Positions 49,801 to 63,000 of a DNA stretch of 64,000 nucleotides are shown piece after piece (within the stretch, counting starts at the first letter, position 1; each line of letters starts with the position of its first letter). Under the pieces are notes generated by a model. That model did no database searches. It was not told the origin of the DNA and worked only from the letters and a program-made list of their open reading frames with translations. The translations under genes were made by a program, and so were the position numbers. Origin of the DNA: Phoronis australis (lineage: Eukaryota > Animalia > Phoronida); NCBI GenBank assembly GCA_002633005.1, contig NMRA01000080.1, positions 463,291 through 527,290 on the forward strand, in the 5' to 3' direction.

Positions 49801-52800
49801 TGAGAACAACATGCAACCAGGTTTGCACTGTCTAATACTTGTGTTCTCTGTAACACATGACAGAGGGTAGTCTACCAAATGGACTCACCTGAGCCAGATT
49901 CTGAGGGTGAAATGATATGGAGACCATGGTATCCCCTTTTTGGTTGGAGCGCAGTCTCATTGGCTTCCAGTGGCCTTGGTTGGATAAGTTAATAGGGGCA
50001 AACGAGGACTGACGGATGAAGTTTTCATAAGCCTGTTGAGTGAAGTGGTCAGTACTGATGACAGCAGTTAGGCATACGTAGAAGAAAAACACATATTAGG
50101 AAAATGAAATACATGTATGGCACTTTGCTTTACGCTCGGGAAACACATGGCAGAAACATCTCGCAAACAATGTGTAAAAAATGCAATTGTATAAATACTT
50201 TTAGAATGCTCATTTTGTGGTTTGAACAACATGTTATCTCCTAGTTGTCATGACAACTAGGGGGCATCATGAAAACTAGAGGACAAGAGTGACCTCTGTA
50301 TTCACTTTAGGGTAACTGAGCAAGTACCTCATAGAGGTGTGAATAAATTTAGGCTAGCCATCAAAGAGTATTGTCATTGTCCAGCTGAATGCTAGGCATC
50401 ACTGAATGGCCACCTGGGCTGTATTAAGCTAAACCATTTGAGTGTATTTACTTGTGCTACTGGTCTCAGACTGATTTCAGTTGCTCTTCATTAGTTGTTA
50501 CCCTTTTGTGGGTGTTCGATTTCCTTGATGGTGATGGACTGATTTACCATCGAAACATTGGACATCATGTAAATACCATATGTAACAAATTAAAGGTTAA
50601 TGCGAAACAGCGATAAAATCCACCTTAAAAAGAAAACTAGCCAATAAGACATAACTATTCCTTGTCCAACTTACTTTGGCCAGCTGCTTATGTCCATCTC
50701 TAGCCGTCACCAAGTGGTCAGTGTTCACACAGTAGATAACCTCTGCAACAACCAATGTCAAGCAATCAGTCCCAATAAAGTTACGTATACGTTAGTGTCA
50801 TTTTCAAAATTGAATCCAAGCTCACAAAAGTTTGTTTCACAGCAAGTAGTGTATTTGTTCATGTCAACTCTCAACACAATACTTTCAGAGTACCTGATCA
50901 ACACTATTGTTTCTAGTGTGTTTGGCTTTATGGCTTCCTTTTGATCATTAGGCATCACAATTTTAACGTATGTGGTGTTACCCTGGGCAGATATGATGTC
51001 ATCACGCAAGGTTAAAGTAACCTGTTTGTTGCAAAACATACAGAGCATCCCAAAATTCCCCTACCATAATGGCTGAGCAGAGAAGCCTTTCCCTCATGGC
51101 CAAAAACCACGGCGAGTTAATAGCAAAGTTAGTGTAGGAGGCCAAGTCATTCTGAACAGAGAATGTTGCTGAAATGATAAGTCATTTTTGTTGTTAACAA
51201 AATTCGCTGTGAGTCATGACAGAGAAATGGTATTTTGTGCGATTTCATTTGCCTTGTACTTTAATCAACTTTTTAAAAAAGTTGCTTCCTATTTCATACA
51301 AATCTTTCCAAACATGCATTTAACATATGAACAAATCAACGTTTTTTTGACTGGTACAACCCTTATTACTGAGCGCACAGAAACGTAAAATGCATTAAAC
51401 ATAAGCTTCAACCACCTTGATAAAATGACTTCAAGAAGAATATCATAAATTGCTTACTGTGGAAACGCCCAATGAATAATCCAACAACGCCTTCTCTTCC
51501 ATCAACACCCATGCCAACAGACAGGTCCTCTTTAAATCTGTTTTGAGTTGTGATTGGCTGGAATGGTAACAAAAAGGTGCAAAAAGTTTATTATCGATGG
51601 ACACGCACAAATTATTCAGAGACACAAACAAATAGAAATTGCCTGATAGGCAGCATCTTGTCAGATTAAAACTTTTTAATACAAAACTGTAAAATGATTA
51701 TTGCCTTTAAAGTTTGGTCATTAATTAGGGCAATAGTCTGATATAACGTGCCCGTATTTTGAGAACCAGTTTGATGCCTGTTATTTAATGGAGGAAACTG
51801 GTTATCAAAATTCGGGCACACTGTATCAGACCATTACCAATTTAGAATGCATTACAGTCAAATGAAGCTTAAAGCTGGCACTTCTTTTAACACAGACGTG
51901 TTTCATGAAAAATTCATTCATCCGCATAACTGAAGTGAACTTCTTGGCTGTAGTTTTGGTCATATATACAATGTTTTTAAAAATCCACAAATCATAATGA
52001 GCTGAGTTTGAATAGTATAAAATGAAAATTAAATTTGCAACCAGCGAGAAATAATGAAAACAGCCACAGAAAGACGTCTGCCAAGGTACAAATCTTTACA
52101 AGCATACAATGCACACCATTGCATGATGGCATTTTAGACCAAAACTATGCCACAAAAAATTGTAACGCAGATGTCTCTCCATGGATATATTAACTAAACT
52201 TTGCTTTGCGCTCAATATGCCTTACATAAAACCATCGGAACCTACTTACAGACGCCACTACTGGCTCCAATGGGCACAGCAAGCCATCGTTGTTCTCGAC
52301 TTGATGTTGTAGTTCAGGTGGAAATGTCTGTCTTGGATATGTCATTCGAAGTCCATTGGCTACTTTGGTCATGTAACGTTTCAATAAGTTGGACTTCAGC
52401 TGAAAGAAAAGAGGTCACATGAGTAAAACGACAGGAAACAGGACAAAAAGAAGCTGGAACCAAAAACAACCATAAGTGTTCTACCACTTAGTAGAACAAA
52501 ATTAATCCAATTAGTTCAACAATGACACATGAGAAAAAGGGTTACAAGTCGCAGATTCTCCCGGCACACAAATTCAAACAAGCTGCAAACTGCATGTTAT
52601 GTTCTTGCACAGTAATCTTTCTTTTTGTTAATTCACAAAAACATCTATAGTTACACAATATTTGCACTTGCTGGCCATGTTAGTCATTTGTACTGCTAAA
52701 TAACAAAGACGTACCCCCTGAAACACTATTTCAAACACAGATAAGGATTTTAAACATGGCTCAAACGAGATACAAAACACTAAAATATGGGGCTGCCGCA

Positions 52801-55570
52801 GATATTGTCACCCTCTTACACTGACCAATAAGAATTTCAAAAAATTTGCCTTCCCTTTCAACAAGTATTCAAATGAGGAGAATATCACACAACTGGAAAA
52901 GAATGAGCACTGTATCTTGTTCTCTTTGCTTTTGGTATTTTTTGCTCAATATTATGTTTTGCTTATTATAAGTAAGTCATTGTTTTATAGTTGAAAACCT
53001 GGATATAACGGTTCCCTTTCCATGCTAAATATTTGTATTTAATGTATTGTTATTTATTTTTTTAGCAATAAAAAGAATGAGCGCTTCCTTCTCCTGGATT
53101 GATAAAAGTCCCCAACGCATATGTCCAGCGCACTAATTGTAACAACAGGACGAGCCCAAGACCGAATGTACTCGGTCTAAGAGCAAACAGAACAGATTTT
53201 AGATTTGCACTAATTATGGACGTCAAATTCAAATATGTGAACAAACTTACGACTAACTGGTCCTCATATGGTTTTCTTACAAAACGTTCAACTGTCCACC
53301 TAAGGCTGAAAAACATCAAGCAGACATGATCTATCAGTATCAATCTCAGCATACCTATGACTACATCTTCTATATACTTCAAGTGGCTATAAACTCATGT
53401 TGTCTCTAAGAAACTAACTTTTAATTTAGATCAATTACAAAAAATAATCTTCCTAATTCAAGCAAGAAATTGACACTGGGCTTGGAAAAAAATGACTGTT
53501 TGTTATTTTTAGAGATCATCCTTAGCACATAATCAATCCATCAGAGGCCAACATGTAGAGCCTGGTCTTAAGAAAAAAATGACAAATGTTCTTTCCAAGT
53601 CCAGAAATCCCCTCTAATTTGACTAAGGAATTCTTTGAAACTAATTTCATCGGTAAGTGCATGGCCTAAATCAAAAGTAAGTACTTGTGACAGCAGGCGG
53701 AATTATAGCCACTTTACTGTGCATAGCTATCCAAATAACCAAATTCAGAAGTAGAGACTTAAGTCTTCAAAATCTATATAATGTTGCCACGTCAAGAATA
53801 GACTCGGACTAAAGATATCTGTAATGCAACTTGGATTGACAACTTAGGATAACAGCTATCAGAATTTTTTAGAAGCCTTTGAAAAATGAAAAAGGATTAA
53901 TATAGGTAATTGGTTTTAACTACTGCAGTATTATCCAGAACAAAAAGTTCAAACTCATCCCCAATTTCAAAATCTGTGTCCACAATGAGCAGCAACTGTA
54001 CAGAGGACTGGTGTAACAAGAGATAGTTTAAAGACATGGCAATAAATTTCCAATGGGGCTTTCACTCCTCTTAGGGGTCAGGTGCGTATGCCTTAGATTT
54101 TTTGGCTTGGTGAGAATTTAGAGCAATTTTTAAACAATTATTTTCAGAGTCAAATGAGGTCAATGTTCAGCTCAAAAATTAGGCATCAAATGCATTTCAA
54201 TAATTTATGCAGTACGCATAATTACATAATTTACGGGGTTATGAACTCATCTTCCGATGAAGAAATTAACTTTTGATTTACACCATTTACCCCACGTCTC
54301 AAATCTCAACTTGTTCATTACTTAACTGAGAAGTGATTTCTGGTCTTGCAAAGAAATGTCAGTTCCTCACTGCTTGAGACCAAACTCAGCAAATAACATG
54401 ACACGCGGTGACAAGCGTGACACGCGGTGACCAAACTCAGCAAATAACATGACACGCGGTGACAAGCGTGACACGCGGTGACCAAACTCAGCAAATAAAA
54501 TGACACGCGGTGACAAGCCAGCTTGTATAGCATGCGTTGACACAAGTAATAACGAACTGTCAGTTATTTCCAAGCCCTGAAATCACATCTAATTTCACTA
54601 AGAAACAATTTTAGACTGATTTCATGATAGTGAGTGGTCTATATCAAAAGTTTTCCGTGACAAGGGGGGTTTGTAGTAATTTTAATCAACACATTAACTA
54701 CTAGTATTGAATGGCTAAATTACATGGGGTTGATTTTTTTACTTAAGAACATCACAAGAAGGTCCGTTTGTACTCACAGATCATGTTGATTCTCCACAGT
54801 AGGGGCGAAATGTCCAGACAGCTTAACCCGATACTTGAAGTGTCGCCTAAGTAGCAGATCAAACGATATGAAGCAATTGTACCGAGTAAATGCACAACGC
54901 GATTTAGCCAGGTGAGCACAGCTTGCAATGACTGTCAGCACAAAGGTCAGTGAATTATCTTGGATTCACATATCATTACATATAAACTTCCAATTTTGTA
55001 CTAGCAGCAGATACAGTATATCTAGGAGAGAAAGTGGATGCACTGTTCCTGGTACTCATGACATGTATTTAAGTAGCCCAGAGAACCAGTTACTTCCATT
55101 GAATAACCCACATTGTTCAGTGGAAGTCTCTGGTTCTCAAATCAGGCATCAGGCAGCGTTACATCTGCAATTAGGCAAAATGTCCATGGATGCAATCTAA
55201 GGGATTTTACTATTTAGGGGGCATAACCATAAGCATAAGCTGGACATGTCTTTGACTTCAGAAGTTCAGTACCGTATATAATAACTACAAGGCTACCTAA
55301 CAAAATGTGAAAACTACCTTCATGCTCAGAATTGTAAAATGACGCTTAGTTTACCTTGTCTAAAAACATTGCCAATTACATCACAGGCACTGTCAGATGC
55401 TCGCCGTTATAATAATATATTGTGTATCGTGACTATTCAAGGTGCCTGTGTCAGTGTGTGAAACACATACCTGGTGTCTTTAACAAGTTTTACCAGCTCA
55501 AGTAATGTTTTGTCGAAAACGTTTTTCATCGGAAATGACTGCAGATTGCCCACCATTCGAGAATACCGGT
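43840..55570 (-). CDS. TRMT2B: tRNA (uracil-5-)-methyltransferase homolog, TRMT2B-like; 12 exons recovered, 5' end unresolved
   Basis: Phase-consistent exons 55570-55471, 53305-53251, 52399-52250, 51557-51458, 50742-50675, 50032-49889, 49406-49309, 48845-48631, 47449-47348, 46244-46119, 45146-45047, 43960-43840. Motifs: PYEDQL, FRISPGAFFQIN, LDVCCGTG (SAM binding), NPGRAG, YVSCK (catalytic Cys), VDMFPQTRHCE..FER*. NPxRAG and VSCK favour TRMT2B over TRMT2A (DPPRAG). Confidence 0.88.
45354..45497. mobile_element. Dimeric mini-MITE with 5-bp TSD (monomer at 44066-44134)
   Basis: CATGGGCGGCGCA...TGCGCCACCCATG, two units, TSD CTAAA. Confidence 0.75.
46810..47312. mobile_element. hAT-like MITE
   Basis: TIRs CAGGGCTTGGAAT / ATTCCAAGCCCGG; repeated (A)CGCGGAAA subterminal motifs; TSD unclear. 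Confidence 0.6.
51723..51842. mobile_element. 120-bp hairpin MITE (uninterrupted homologue of 18485-18544 + 19512-19572)
   Basis: GTCTGATATAACGTGCCCGTATTTTGAGAACCAGTTT ... AAACTGGTTATCAAAATTCGGGCACACTGTATCAGAC; a single TTAA at 51785-51788. Confidence 0.8.
54379..54518. repeat. 51-bp tandem repeat, about 2.7 copies
   Basis: ACCAAACTCAGCAAATAACATGACACGCGGTGACAAGCGTGACACGCGGTG starting at 54379, 54430 and 54481. Confidence 0.9.
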
Positions 55571-57033
55571 CTGAAACCAAAGATATTATAGTTATAGGAA
55601 ACTATAGTATCTTTGCTGAAACTTCAGCTTTTCAGTTGAGCCTGATGCCTATGGGCGCAGCCATGTTTAATGATTACCCGCACCACCTGGCGTGAAAACT
55701 TGACGTCTGTCACTTGAGATCCAGCAGAGACTCTAAACGGCTGCTTCAATGCCTTCCGTCTCGTGACGAAGGCCTGATGAACCACGATCCGCGCAGTGCT
55801 GTAGTGGAGCGTAGGCGCACGTAGGGGCAGCCAACCACGTTTTGGCATTTAAACGTAGCGCCTACTCACCGTAAGTTACGTTCAGTGCTCAAAGTGTTGC
55901 TCTGGGGGCGCCTACTTAACCTCTAATTTTCAGTTACCGGCACAATGTACAGCACAGGATCTGCGTACAGTGCGCTTATCACTTCGTACTAGGAGGCTCA
56001 ATGTACATGACCATAGGCGGCCCCCCCCCCCCNCCCCCCCCCCCCTTGGCTGCCGCAAAAAAAAACAGCAACAACGTGGGGGAAATGTTGAGTTTATTAA
56101 TTAATCCCGGTAATTAACATTGTACGGCTGAAACAAGATTTAAATGTGTGCACTAGTTTTAGTGTGTTTGGGGGGAGGGTTCAGATCCAATTTCAAGTGT
56201 CAAATTCGGAACACGGCGCAATCGTAACGGAACTATGGCTAAGTATAGGCTCTCCCGCGATATCCCAGGCGACCGGCAGTGGCACTACGACTCCGTGTCC
56301 GTCGTCTGCTTCCGCTGTGCAATATGAAGAAAATGGAATCTGAGTGACAATGAAAAAACAGAAGCTGCTGGTAAGATGTCAATTTTAATCGAAGCCTTAG
56401 TGAATCACTCAGAAACTGATAATTCTCTCTTTGTCAAACTTTAACTTAAGACGATTTCCAAAGCGGCGTCATTAATGGCAACACAAAAAACGGATTTGGT
56501 CTTTTGGGCAATTGAAGACTATTTTAAATACAACAAATTTGGATACGAACTGATTGCACAAAATATAAAAAGTATAATTAGCATTACAAAAAGAAGTAGC
56601 TTTCGCTCGCAAGCGCTTTGGACCATAAACAAGTACTGAGGTCTCTTAGTATCAAAGTTACGAGTGAACTCGTGGTGGTGCAGTGGTAAAGCACTCGCGC
56701 TCTATCCGCAATGTCGTAAGTTTGATTCTGGGGTAATATCAGTATTTCAATTTTTACACGTTCTCCGTGTTTTTTATTCTTGGATATTACTTCAGGAATC
56801 AAGGAAAATTCTTGATTTTTAGAGGAAAAAACGGAAAAATTTTCCTGGGCGGGAGGGGGACAAACCCCGCCCCTCCCGACCTCCCCCCAATCGGTACTAT
56901 GCGCATCTACAATCGTGCTTTGAGCAAATGTTTACAGACAAAATGTTGCCCCCCTTGTGATATCCTAGATCCGCCACTGATGACTGATACCAACAGCTGG
57001 CCGGCCGGTGCGTTCAGTTCGTATTTTGAGGGG

Positions 57034-57480
57034 GCCTCTCGGCCGAATGGTTTACTCTTGGTCGTCGCACGTGCAACCAGGGTTCAAGTGCAACCGGAGA
57101 CACTGAAAGTTTGGACATTGGCGCCCAACTAAGGAAAAATCCACGATTAACCCTGTGATGTAAAGCGGCGGATGGAGAGCCAGGGGCCGACCTGCCGGGT
57201 AGTCGGGTGCATTCAGAACACAAAGAGAGCGTTGCTGAAGTCAAATTCCAGGACGCCGGGGGTGTTGCTGAGATCTAAAAGCCAAGAAGCGCGCCTGTTT
57301 CGCGGAAGGGGTAGTAGTGTTGTGAAACGTGACTTCCGGTTGTGACGACATGCACAGTCAGATAAAGCCTCCCTAAGCCGGTTGCCAAGTGGCAATTGCC
57401 TCTTGGCCGAATGGTTTGAGGGCTTGGTCGTCGTACGTGCAAGCTGGGTTCAAGTGCCACCGGAGACACTGAAACTTTCT
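57034..57480 (+). mobile_element. TRIM-like element with tRNA-like direct repeats, tRNA-Lys PBS and PPT (Helenus-like)
   Basis: Repeats of about 80 bp at 57034-57112 and 57398-57478 with A-box (GGCCGAATGG) and B-box (GGTTCAAGTGC); ...CA at 57116-57117, PBS TGGCGCCCAAC at 57119-57129; PPT GGAAGGGGTAGTAG at 57304-57317 followed by TGT. Confidence 0.7.
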
Positions 57481-59225
57481 ACCCTTTGAATGAAGGCCCA
57501 GGTTCAGAAATCCCAGTCTCGCGAAACCGCGGCACCGACTAGTAGGCATTTTTCAGCTCTTTGCGCAAATTGGATTCATCAGCTGTGGGGGTGCATTAAA
57601 TGTTTTTACATAAAAGAAAGGTCAAGTTTTCACTTTCTGGACGAAGAAATAATTTCGCCCTTAAGCATTATGATTTTGTCACTTTTCAACTTTAGAGCAA
57701 AATAATTACAATTTATATTTTTTTCAAAATTCATCGTCAACAACCCCCCCCCCCACCCGGCCTTAAAATATTGGACTGAACTGCATTCAAGAGTCACATG
57801 CCCCCGAAGTGCGCAAAAGCGTTATGTGAATGTATCTAAAACCGCTTTTGAAATCTTCGCTTGTGACGTCACTTCCGCGTGTCGGTGAATTTGCCGTGTT
57901 AAACATCAAAGTTCAAAATTTTTTAACGCGCGTGAACATTTAATCTATCAATCAAAAATCGCATTAACAGATCCAGAAACACTCAGTATCCTATTTCCAA
58001 ATCGGACTTCAATTGCATTTTCATACTTCACGGGACGTTTGTTTCGGACCTTGAGTTCAAAATTCACCGACCACGCAAAATGAACCTGCAAGTGACCGAG
58101 TTTGCTGTCTTTGCCCCACATAGGATAGTCCTTACCAAGGGGTGAAAATAAGGCCAAATTTTTGAAAATCTGGTCGAAGAATTTTTATTTTTTGTTAGAG
58201 GTCCTATTTTTTGTAAAATTTAAACTTAAATTTCAAATTTCTACATCATGAAAAAAAAAATCTTCGTCAGGTTTTATGATCAACCAAGTCCATTTAATAA
58301 TGCACCAATCGTTATACAAACGTAACCAGAGTTGAGTGCGCAAAAGATACAAAGTTTGATGAATGAAATCTATGGATTTTTCCGCTGCCCCACGTCACTT
58401 CCGCGTGGTTAGTCATGGCAGCGAAATAAACAAATAATGCGAGTGTCTTTGTATCACTTCATATCTATTTTTGCGCAATTGTGCACAGCGAAGGCAAGTT
58501 TCATTTCACGTAGAGTAAAGAAATGAATTTTCATGAATTTTAACAAGTTACTAGAGTACTTTTAAAGACTAACTGTATGATTTTTAAGCTTATTTTAGCG
58601 CCTTCAACTGAGGAATTGGTTTTCTATTTCAGTACAGATTACTTGTCGCCTTCTTCAGTGGTACATCTTACCCTGTACTGCCGAAATGAAGTCGCATTGT
58701 ACTGAATTGCTGTGCCAAGCTGAAGTTTTCATTTTTTCTGTTCAGTTATAATATAACTAAAAGATCAGAGAAATAAATGTGAAACATGACGAGAAAAAGT
58801 TTCCTTGATGGTAATGCATCTCATTTAAAAGAGGTCTTTACTTCTATCTCAGTCAAACGCAGTCACATTACATCTAATTCTGTTGTGGCTAACTACTTTT
58901 ACTTTTACTATGTTCCGCCTTGATTGGCAACAATCTATCATAGCCGTTATGTGTATATGTCACTGATATTATCAGTCATATATAGTGTCTCAAACTTCCC
59001 AAACAGTGACATTTTTATCTTATTCGAGCAGATCATCCAAGGCACCGACAAGAAAAGATATTCAACGAAAAGCCTTCAGTTTTTGATAACATCGGTCAGC
59101 CTTCCAACATTTTGCTTCTTTCATGACAATTAATCTCTGGTATTCTTTCAATACCATTTATTAGCATAGCTCAATTGCCAAGGACATGTTGAGACTAGTG
59201 TCAAATATGACAAAGTGCAATACAT

Positions 59226-60093
59226 ATAGATTATTACATGGCGAAGTCGTTATCCCCCGTTATCTAGAGCCCGAGTGGATTTTGGAGAATTATCGCCCGA
59301 GGGGCGTTAGCCCCGAGGGTGATAATTCTCCAAAATCCACGAGGGCTCTAGATAAGGGGGATAACGGCTGAGAACATGTAATAATCTATTTATACCACAT
59401 ACTAAACGAGAAACATTGCAATGAATCGATTTACCTTTTCTGACTCTCCACGGCTTTGTAACTACTTTCTAGGTCAGAGGCCCTGGGTCGGAGGTCGTGG
59501 CCTTTTAAGAAAAGCCGGGCTATTTTTGTCAAATAATGCTTTTACTCAAAACCAATTGAAAACTTAAATATAATAGAAATAAACTGAATTTATAAATTAA
59601 GGTTTACCAACTATTATAGCTTAAAACACGTTTTCACGCTAAGCTTTGACCGGGAAATTATCGTCTGCTAAAGTAGGTTACCACTGGTAACTGAATATAA
59701 TTCTCAAGCCAAAGATCCTGACGACACGATACCCGCATTCAAACTGGAGATCGGTGATTTACAAGTAAGAGGACATGAGAGAAATATTTCATTGAATTAA
59801 GATGTCATTTTTATGGAAATTATGTGTCTTATTTTTCGCAGCGTATAAGTACAGTACAATGTGGTTTGTTGAACGTGCGATTATTGCGCGTGCTCATTTA
59901 AGTATTCTATTTTCACTCTTGATGACGACAGTCGCTGCGTGGTGTAGTGGTTAAAGTCGGCGATCAGCAATACCAAGGTCCTGGGTTCGACTCCGTCCTC
60001 GGTTTCCCGCCAAATCGTTATCTCGCTAGTGAGATAACTTTATGGGTTATTACACGGTTTTATCTGCCATTTGACGCTAATATTGTGGTATTA
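59226..60093. mobile_element. Element with a 164-bp terminal fold-back and an asymmetric short IR
   Basis: Near-perfect palindrome 59226-59389; TTATACCACA at 59390-59399 vs TGTGGTATTA at 60084-60093; small hairpin GTTATCTCGCTAGTGAGATAAC near 60017. Confidence 0.6.
59934..60003 (+). pseudogene. tRNA-derived sequence (pseudo-tRNA or SINE head)
   Basis: A-box TGGTGTAGTGG and B-box GGTTCGACTCC at tRNA-like spacing; acceptor and anticodon stems pair poorly. Confidence 0.55.
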
Positions 60094-63000
60094 AAAATGT
60101 TATCATTTTTATTTAAGCAGTGAGTACGAAGGAAGTGATTTTACAATTGAACCATATCTATAATTGTAATTTGAGTGGAGTTGGCAATCTCAATGACAGA
60201 ATTGCAAGAGCCCATGAAATGAAAGACTTCCAGTGAACTTGCTTTTCAACTGTACACTGTTTTTTTAAATTTATGTATTAATCTATTGAAATAATAGTAA
60301 ACCCAGGCATCAAGAAGATGCTAGTGAACATATTATTTATGACAAGATAATTATATCATGCTTTTGTCACTCAATCATTGAAATAAAGAACAAATCAGAG
60401 GACCATTATGATTTAATCATTTAGATATTCCAAAGTTCAAATCGAAATCAAGTACTTTAAGTCGGAACATTATATTTGGTTTCGGGTCCTTCACGGAGTC
60501 TCCATCAGCATTAACTTGTACTAATTGTATTTTTGTCTTAATGTGAATAAAGTGTATTACAACTGAAAGATTTCCAAGATAGTTGACATTTATATCTACT
60601 GTACATCAGTCAAAACTGAAATAATTTCAGTATAGGAAAAGCTAAAATGTAAACTAAAATGATTAAACATTTTACCATAATAAGTAACTTAGAATGCACA
60701 GTACTTTAGAACTTTTAAGCATTACAAACATTATCCAACAGCAGAAATTTTCATGATATGAAAGCGGACATGCATGTAACTATTACCATGGTGACCGAAT
60801 AGTGTTCCTCTACACCAGAATTTGACAAACATGATATAAAAAATATGAAGTTGCAAGGAAAAAGAATTGGAGGCTTGAAGCTTCACGATCCAACATGGCC
60901 TATTTCTCTAATTAAGATTCTTCATACTGTTGCCTTGATAACCTTAAGTAAGAAAGCAGCAAGTTACAAAACATGACTTCAAAGCAATTTAGACTTAAAA
61001 TTCAGAAAAATATGAATCATTTTGTGACACACAATCAAGCCTTGAACAGCAGTTGACAGTCAAACAAAAAACCATTTCAAAAATATTTCAACTATTTTAA
61101 GCTGAGTGTAAGAACATCTGACTGGAAAATTCACCGTAAAATAATTAAAATACTTCTTATAGTTTTTCACAAAAACACGAAAATTGAATAGTGTTCTTTT
61201 TTTGTAGCAACGTTTGTCAAAATATATCAACGTTAAATCTTCACAAATTACAAAGTAGCCGGTTGAACATGCCTTTCACTTTTCAGTTCAGCAAAAGTCG
61301 CCATGTTGTCGGTACCGCCGTGAATTCCGAGCACATTTATCACTCAATAAGTAAGAACTGAGAGGCTAAAATTTGGTGAAAGCTGTTGAATCGCGCAGAA
61401 TTGTAAGTAAAGATATATCTCACTAAATTTCACAGTAAATTATTTGCGAAAATAATTTATACGCATGCGCGCACCCAAGGGGGCTCGTGGGGCTTGAACG
61501 AGCCCCCCATTTGCCTCAAAACAACGAACAGTCCGAGAAAACGAGACCCAAATTTCGCCACAAAAATTTCAATAACTTTGCATTGCTTTCCCTGATTTTG
61601 ATACTATTTCGATTTTTATTGAGTAGCATGCATTATCTTTCCGATGATAGCAAAGTATTTTTTCAGAAAGAAAAAAAGATTTGGTTCGACCTCCCTAATC
61701 TCAGTGTCCGATTTAGACAGGGGGTCAAAATGGTTCATGATCCTCTAAACTTGACAAACTTACTCCTAAAATTGGCATGGTCACACCAAGTATTGACGGC
61801 ATATTGTAATTTTCTTTCTATGTGATGCAGTGGTGCGCCGGTAACCCCTGTCCCGGGGGTCAGGCACCATATCACATGCGCACAACCAACATTTTAAATG
61901 GGGAGTTCGAATTGCACATTTTCCTTGAGGGGAGGTCGAATTTCAAAGGTTTGGACCTTAATTGCCAGCGGCGGCGTTCTTCCCTAGTTAGCCGGTTGCC
62001 CACGTCAGCCAATATGCCACTCAACGTTCCTGGTCAACCCCTGTACTTGCTCTTTCATATAGAACCCACTGCTGAGTAGGCTTACGCTGATTGTCAAAAC
62101 TTTGATATTGTATCTTTGCGCTTTACCGGAATGTATCAAGTCAGTTGACATTTTGGCACGTGAGTCAAAAAAACACTAGCCTACACGTACGGGCATTCAG
62201 AGTTCATCAGTGAACGGGACGAGACGTCTACCTAGAAATCGGCAGACAAAATCCAGAATACCATTCGGAGATTGAGGAATTATCGACGACTGAATTGTGA
62301 TGCGAACTGTTTTTTAACTTAGCTTGCCTCCTCGTCTTTGAGAATCCTATAAACCGTTGGCACAGTGCATCTACTGCAATCAGGGCAGCACAAACTTCTT
62401 ACACGGCTTTCCCCACAGCTGCTTTTGGCACTTGTTTTAAATGACTCGCCGACAAGGGATTAGAATACGCCTGTTGCCGGGAATCGTAGAGTAAGGAGTT
62501 CATAAGTTGGCGGCGATGGAATGCGGTGATACGGCGGGTTTATAAGATGAAGAAGATTTAAAATGAAAACTGTTTCTCTGCACTGAAACTGAAGCGCCGA
62601 AATATGGTATGAGGACTTATTTTTTTAGATTTGCTGTGTCTCACAGTGGCCATTCAATTCTTGTCTCGCTCGTATTTATTTTCGAGTACGATTTCGATCA
62701 CACTGCCAAACGAAACTTGAAATTCGAAGCATATACTCGGAATTTTTACTCAAAATCGTACTCGAAATACAGATGAGATACACTTCACTTCGAGTATACT
62801 CGAAAAGTGAGTATGTGTTCGAAATTTCAAGTACAGATTTTTCGAGTATGACATTGATCAATACACCCCAAAGATGAGACTATACTCGAGTTGAGTATGA
62901 AGTGTGAGTTTGAGTCTGAGTCGAGTCTGAGTACGGAGATTGGATACCGGGCCTAGCATATGACAGGTAGCTACTTGTCTTTGCTTGCCAAATATGCTAT

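Noticed and set aside
56667-56735. tRNA gene
   Set aside because: An A-box-like motif is present but the B-box is degraded and no cloverleaf forms; at most a SINE relic.
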